From: Candidatus Micrarchaeota archaeon
Lineage (GTDB): Archaea > B1Sed10-29 > B47-G15
Direction of reading: 5' to 3'
NCBI GenBank assembly: GCA_003660975.1
Contig: QMVG01000002.1
Coordinates: 32,001-96,000, forward strand
Length of the DNA stretch: 64,000 nucleotides
Made by a program: the position numbers and the translations under genes. Below the pieces are notes generated by a model. That model was not told the DNA's origin and did not search any database. It saw nothing but the letters and a program-made list of their open reading frames with translations. Within the stretch, counting starts at the first letter, position 1, and each line of letters begins with the position of its first letter. Below, in pieces: positions 59,597-64,000 of the stretch.

Positions 59597-59631
59597 TATG
59601 TTATTTATGGAAGTTGAGTAATAATATTAAC

Positions 59632-60600
59632 ATGGTTTCTGTTGACAAGCGTGAGGGCCACACAATATCTCATTACCCTTTCTCAAGACTGGCAAAAGCT
59701 TATCTTGAAAAAGAAGGCGTAGACATATCTAAGGTCTCAGATGATGATTTGCAATTAGCTATTGAACGAGTAAAAGCAACTTTGACCAAGAAAAACAGGG
59801 AGCTATGGTCTTTTGACGCAGAAGCCAAAAGCTACGCACTGGCTAAGATATTGGTTGCACTGTTAGGCGATTTTTATGTTAAAAAACAATTTGCGAAAGG
59901 AGAAGCAAATAGGGCCTTTAATTACTTGATGTCAGAAAAAGAAGAGATATTTGATGAGATTGCCTCCCAATTTTTTGACTACGAAAAAAAAGGAGGGAGT
60001 TATTCTATATCTTTTATTGATTACCTAAACAATGCGCCGAACTCTGAAAATTTTCATTTGATAAATCAGGAACTCAGGAAAGGAAAAGTATATCTGCACA
60101 AAAGCAATATGGCTGCATTGATTTCTGAGAAACTATACAACAACATAATCAACACACAGCTTAAGAAAAGCGATTTTCCCAAAAAATTTGTTGAGGCCTC
60201 CAAACAATTGCAAGTGTTCAGGCGATTTGAGGAAGAGATTTCTGGACCTGTTGAGCTTTCTGCATTTCCCCCCTGTATGAGAAAGATATATCTTGACTTA
60301 CAGACAAAACCAAATGTACCTCACAACGCACGCTTCGTGTTTGCTACTTTTTTAGCTAACATCAAAATGGACATAGACCAAGCGGTAAAACTTTTCTCCA
60401 AGCAGGAAAACTTTTCAGAGCAGAAAACTAGATATCATTTAGAACACGCTTACGGCACCAGAACAGGCAGAAAATATGCTGTCCCATCGTGCAGCAAGAT
60501 ACAAAGCTATGGCCTCTGCTACAAGAATGAAAGTTGCAAATGGGCGTCTCCAATTACTTATTATAAAAATATGTTGAGGAGGAGACGATGGAAAACATAA
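59632..60600 (+). CDS. priL: DNA primase large subunit
   Basis: FHLINQEL..GKVYL, FPPCM, HNARF, YAVPSC...GLC...C (Fe-S ligands). Confidence 0.92.
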   Translation: MVSVDKREGHTISHYPFSRLAKAYLEKEGVDISKVSDDDLQLAIERVKATLTKKNRELWSFDAEAKSYALAKILVALLGDFYVKKQFAKGEANRAFNYLMSEKEEIFDEIASQFFDYEKKGGSYSISFIDYLNNAPNSENFHLINQELRKGKVYLHKSNMAALISEKLYNNIINTQLKKSDFPKKFVEASKQLQVFRRFEEEISGPVELSAFPPCMRKIYLDLQTKPNVPHNARFVFATFLANIKMDIDQAVKLFSKQENFSEQKTRYHLEHAYGTRTGRKYAVPSCSKIQSYGLCYKNESCKWASPITYYKNMLRRRRWKT

Positions 60601-61667
60601 ATTTCATAAAAGAAAAATTTAGGGAGTACTATAAAAAGAAAAAGCTTAGCCCTCCGCCAGATTTTCAGAAAAGGGAATTTGGTTTTGGAGACATAAAAAA
60701 GATAGATTATAGGCATGTGAGTTTTAGCTCTGTTGATGAATTTCGCAGGCATTTTGTGGAGAAAGCGCCTTTATATGCATCATATTCTGCTGCTTATTAT
60801 GAGTTTCCATCTGCGAGGCCGATGCAAAACAAGAAGATAATTGAAGCTGACCTAATATTTGAATTTGACGCTAAAAGTGATGAGAAAAGCTTAACACCTG
60901 TAGCAGCTTTAGAAAAAGCGAAAGAGGACACTATAAGGCTGATTGAAGATTTTCTAGTAAATGATTTTGGTATAAGCAAAAGCAAGATATCAGTGAACTT
61001 CTCTGGAAGCAGGGGCTACCATATCCATGTTTTTGATGATGAGGTGAAAAAGTTAAACAGCAAAGCAAGAAGAGACATTGTGCGATACATAAAGCCATCA
61101 CCAGAGTTGATAGCAAGAGTATATGACCCCTCCAAAAACTATACATGGCATAATAGGATAAAAAAAGCACTGCAACAGTACAAGGCATTAAGAGAAAAAA
61201 GAGAAGACACGTACAAAGAATATGGTATCAACAAAAGAGAAGATGAAAGGCTGATGCTTATAATCGATCAACTGATAGGAAATAAGGCAAAATTTGATAT
61301 AAAAAACAAATCAGCCCGCTCTGCTTTTGAAAAACTTATCAAGCACTACTTGTATATGAAAACTCTGGCGGTTGATGAGGCAGTTACCTTTGACATGTCT
61401 AGACTGATAAGAATACCAAACACTCTACATGGTGGTTCAAGCCTTTTGGCTGCGAAGCTTAAGTCTTTGGACAAATTTAATCCATATGTAGATGCAGTAG
61501 TATTTTATAATCCACCAATCAAAATAAAAGTGCTTGAAGCAGTCAGTCCATTTGAGTTAAGAGAGGTCAAATTCGGGCCTTTCAAAAAAGACGAGATTGT
61601 TAAGATACCTGAGTATGCAGCGATGTACTTGATATGTAAAGGAGTGGCAAGGCCGTATGGAGTATGA
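60588..61667 (+). CDS. priS: DNA primase catalytic subunit
   Basis: REFGF, SAAYY, DLIFEFD, FSGSRGYH, VDEAVTFDMSRLIRIPNTLHG. Confidence 0.95.
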   Translation: MENINFIKEKFREYYKKKKLSPPPDFQKREFGFGDIKKIDYRHVSFSSVDEFRRHFVEKAPLYASYSAAYYEFPSARPMQNKKIIEADLIFEFDAKSDEKSLTPVAALEKAKEDTIRLIEDFLVNDFGISKSKISVNFSGSRGYHIHVFDDEVKKLNSKARRDIVRYIKPSPELIARVYDPSKNYTWHNRIKKALQQYKALREKREDTYKEYGINKREDERLMLIIDQLIGNKAKFDIKNKSARSAFEKLIKHYLYMKTLAVDEAVTFDMSRLIRIPNTLHGGSSLLAAKLKSLDKFNPYVDAVVFYNPPIKIKVLEAVSPFELREVKFGPFKKDEIVKIPEYAAMYLICKGVARPYGV

Positions 61668-62244
61668 TGACTTGCGCAAGTTGCAGAGGCTTGAAAGAAA
61701 TAGCCCTAAGTTAAATAAAGTTCCTGATAATTACCTTTCAGCTTTAGCAGACTTGGTCAAAAAGGCAAAGCAAAGTTTTGACAAAAGCGGTAGCAGAGAA
61801 GATATGAGAATGCTTGAGAATGTTCTTGAGGTTGCCAGGGACATATACAATAGAAGAGAGCAAAAGATTATTATGAAGGCGCTTGCTGATGCGAGAACAA
61901 GTACTGATGACAGTTCAAACATGCTGCCTGAAGAACAGAACCTCTATTTTCGCATAAAAGAAGCGCTCAAAGACAGTAGGTCTGACTTCTCCGTCATACT
62001 AGCAGGCAAAACTCCGAAAAAAGCAGAGACAAATGTGCTAAACGAAAAGCTTGGTGATGAAATCGCGAAGGAAGATAAGCAGGAAGATTTAAATATTATT
62101 CTTGTAAGAACTATAAAGAAGGTGCCTAAATTTGTGGGTTCTGATTTGAAGGAATACGGGCCCTATGAAGCCAACGAGCTCGTGAATATTCCCAAAAAAG
62201 AAGCAGAGCTTCTTTCAAAGCAAGGTTTCATTGAAATCATCTAG
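61657..62244 (+). CDS. GINS subunit (Gins15/51)
   Basis: RREQKI, MLPEE, C-terminal B-domain FVGSDLKEYGP; conserved position after priS. Confidence 0.88.
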   Translation: MEYDDLRKLQRLERNSPKLNKVPDNYLSALADLVKKAKQSFDKSGSREDMRMLENVLEVARDIYNRREQKIIMKALADARTSTDDSSNMLPEEQNLYFRIKEALKDSRSDFSVILAGKTPKKAETNVLNEKLGDEIAKEDKQEDLNIILVRTIKKVPKFVGSDLKEYGPYEANELVNIPKKEAELLSKQGFIEII

Positions 62245-62252
62245 GTGATAGA

Positions 62253-62549
62253 ATGAAGGTTCCATCTAAGATAAAAACATATTGTCCATACTGCAGGAAG
62301 CACACAGAGCATAAGGTAAAGTCAATAGTGCAGAAGCACTCACCAGCTAAGCCAAGAACACTAAGCTGGGGGCAGCAGAAGCACTTAAAGAAGATAAAGG
62401 GTTACAAGAGCAAAGTGGCAGGTAGCGCAGACCATGTAAAGCAGTCTGCCCGAAATGTGCTCTATTTACAGTGTACTATTTGCGGTAAGCAGCACCATAT
62501 GTCTATAGGCTCTAGAACAAAAAAGAAAATTGAAAAGAAAAAGGAGTAG
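62253..62549 (+). CDS. rpl44e: 50S ribosomal protein L44e (eL42)
   Basis: TYCPYCRKHTEHKV...CTICG. Confidence 0.93.
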   Translation: MKVPSKIKTYCPYCRKHTEHKVKSIVQKHSPAKPRTLSWGQQKHLKKIKGYKSKVAGSADHVKQSARNVLYLQCTICGKQHHMSIGSRTKKKIEKKKE

Positions 62550-62557
62550 GTGGTTTG

Positions 62558-62746
62558 ATGGACAACTTATTCCTGAAGCCAAAGTCAAAGTTCGTTAAGG
62601 TAAAATGCGAGAACTGTGGAAATCAGCAGATAGTCTTTCAATCTTCTGCTACAGTGGTTAAATGCTTAAAGTGCAATGCGGTTCTGGTTGAGCCTACAGG
62701 TGGAAAAGCAAAGATTAATGGCAGTATTGTTAAGGTTCTTGATTAG
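62558..62746 (+). CDS. rps27e: 30S ribosomal protein S27e
   Basis: PKSKFVKVKCENC...CLKC...PTGGKA. Confidence 0.96.
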   Translation: MDNLFLKPKSKFVKVKCENCGNQQIVFQSSATVVKCLKCNAVLVEPTGGKAKINGSIVKVLD

Positions 62747-62755
62747 GGTTTTGTT

Positions 62756-63529
62756 ATGAGTAGGAAGGAATGGCCAGAAACCGGTGAATTGGTTGTAATT
62801 AAGATAAAGAGGGTTAGTCATTACGGTGCAATAGCAGAGCTGCTTGAGTATCCTGGAAAAGAGGGTTTCATTCATATTTCAAATGTGGCCAATTCTTGGG
62901 TTAAAAACATAAGGAGTTTTGTTTCTGAAGGGCAGGTAAGGGTTGCTTCTGTAATCAGGGTAAATCCAGACAAGAGGATAGCAGACCTCTCTCTCAGAAA
63001 GATCTCCGCGCAGCAGGAGAAGAGGAGACTTTCTGATTGGAAGAGAAAAAAGAGAGCCAACAAGATATTTGAGAATCTCTGCAAAAAGCTAAAAGAAGAC
63101 CCAGAAAAGGCATATGCGAAGGTGGCAGAGCCGTTAATAGATGTGTTTGGTGATTTGTATTCAGTATTTGAGAACATAAAGCTAAACGGACCTGAGGTTT
63201 TAGACGCTGTTAAGATACCTGAGAAATGGAAGAAGCTTCTAATAGAGTATACAAACGAAAACATAAGCATACCTGAAGTAGAAATAAAAGGTGTGCTAAC
63301 TTTGACAAGCACTGCTCCAGACGGCGTTGACTTGATAAAAAAAGCCCTGCTAAAAGCTAAGTCAAATAATGTTAACATATATTATATATCTGCCCCAAGA
63401 TATGCCATTGAGGTAAAGGGAAAGACATATCAAGAAGCTGAAAAGAGAATGGAGAAGGCCGTGGCATCCGTTGTTGATTATATGAAAAAGCACGGAGGAG
63501 AGGCTTCATTTGAAAGGATTAAGACCTAG
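62756..63529 (+). CDS. eif2a: Translation initiation factor aIF2 alpha
   Basis: PETGELV, LLEYPGKEGFIHIS, DLSLR, ISAPRY. Confidence 0.95.
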   Translation: MSRKEWPETGELVVIKIKRVSHYGAIAELLEYPGKEGFIHISNVANSWVKNIRSFVSEGQVRVASVIRVNPDKRIADLSLRKISAQQEKRRLSDWKRKKRANKIFENLCKKLKEDPEKAYAKVAEPLIDVFGDLYSVFENIKLNGPEVLDAVKIPEKWKKLLIEYTNENISIPEVEIKGVLTLTSTAPDGVDLIKKALLKAKSNNVNIYYISAPRYAIEVKGKTYQEAEKRMEKAVASVVDYMKKHGGEASFERIKT

Positions 63530-63680
63530 GCTTATGAGATGTCCGAAGTGTGGCAGATATACTATGAAAAATAGCTGCCCTCTCTGCGGTGCTGAAACAG
63601 TCAAAGCAGAGCCGCCGAGGTTTTCACCACTAGACAAATATGGGGAGTATAGGAGAAGATTGCTGTATGAAAGAAGCTAA
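63510..63680 (+). CDS. nop10: H/ACA RNP protein Nop10 (not in ORF track)
   Basis: Hand translation ...MRCPKCGRYTMKNSCPLCG...PPRFSPLDKYGEYRR; start TTG 63510 or ATG 63534. Confidence 0.93.
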   Translation: MKGLRPRLMRCPKCGRYTMKNSCPLCGAETVKAEPPRFSPLDKYGEYRRRLLYERS

Positions 63681-64000
63681 AATAAAGGTTCTGGCAAGAC
63701 CTAAATTGAAGAGACCGATACTCATAGAGGGACTGCCAGGTTTGGGTCTTGTAGGCAAAATTGCCATTGACCACTTAATAAGAAGCTTGAAGGCCAAAAA
63801 GTTTGCAGAACTTTACTCACCTCATTTTCCCCCAATAGTTATCATTATGCCAGATGGCAGCGTAAGAATGATAAAAAATGAGTTTTACTATGCCAAAATG
63901 CGCGGGAAAGCCAGAGATTTGATACTTCTCACAGGAGACCATCAGGGCCTCACTGTAGAGTCATTTTATGAACATGCTGGCAAGATTATAGATTTCGCTA
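63667..64000 (+). CDS. PAC2-family proteasome assembly chaperone, 5' part; runs off the window
   Basis: Hand translation ILIEGLPGLGLVGKIA...YSPHFPP...LLTGDHQ; conserved position after nop10. Confidence 0.92.
   Translation, partial: MKEAKIKVLARPKLKRPILIEGLPGLGLVGKIAIDHLIRSLKAKKFAELYSPHFPPIVIIMPDGSVRMIKNEFYYAKMRGKARDLILLTGDHQGLTVESFYEHAGKIIDFA

Overview
Gene-dense archaeal chromosomal window. It is probably from a small-genome, DPANN-like lineage with separate PriS and PriL genes; this taxonomy is an inference from gene content only. It holds: (i) a complete Epd/EppA-type type IV pilus locus (ATPase C-terminus, two TadB/C-like platform proteins, prepilin peptidase, 10 class III signal-peptide proteins), followed by a membrane-anchored OB-fold-like gene, an orphan TctA-like gene and a JAMM gene; (ii) a second, machinery-free cassette of 7 pilin-like genes at 31.1-33.4 kb; (iii) housekeeping genes (ABCE1, pelota, RFC-S/L, MtaB-type methylthiotransferase, topA, radB, cdc48, pheS/T, RNase Z, TldD/E, LonB, Csl4, RpoL, PCNA, primase, GINS, L44e, S27e, aIF2a, Nop10, PAC2); and (iv) one tRNA-Phe(GAA). 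Six genes absent from the ORF track were read by hand: four 55-59 aa mini-pilins, Nop10 and partial PAC2. The strongest candidates for something new are a structured leader RNA with a Phe-rich uORF upstream of a tRNA-Phe-pheS-pheT unit, a pilus-linked OB-fold/TctA-like module that may be a DNA-uptake system, the two-cassette pilin repertoire, and a protamine/H1-like Lys-Thr repeat protein. No CRISPR array, rRNA, transposase, integrase or intein was seen. All product calls come from motif recognition by eye; no database searches or folding computations were run.
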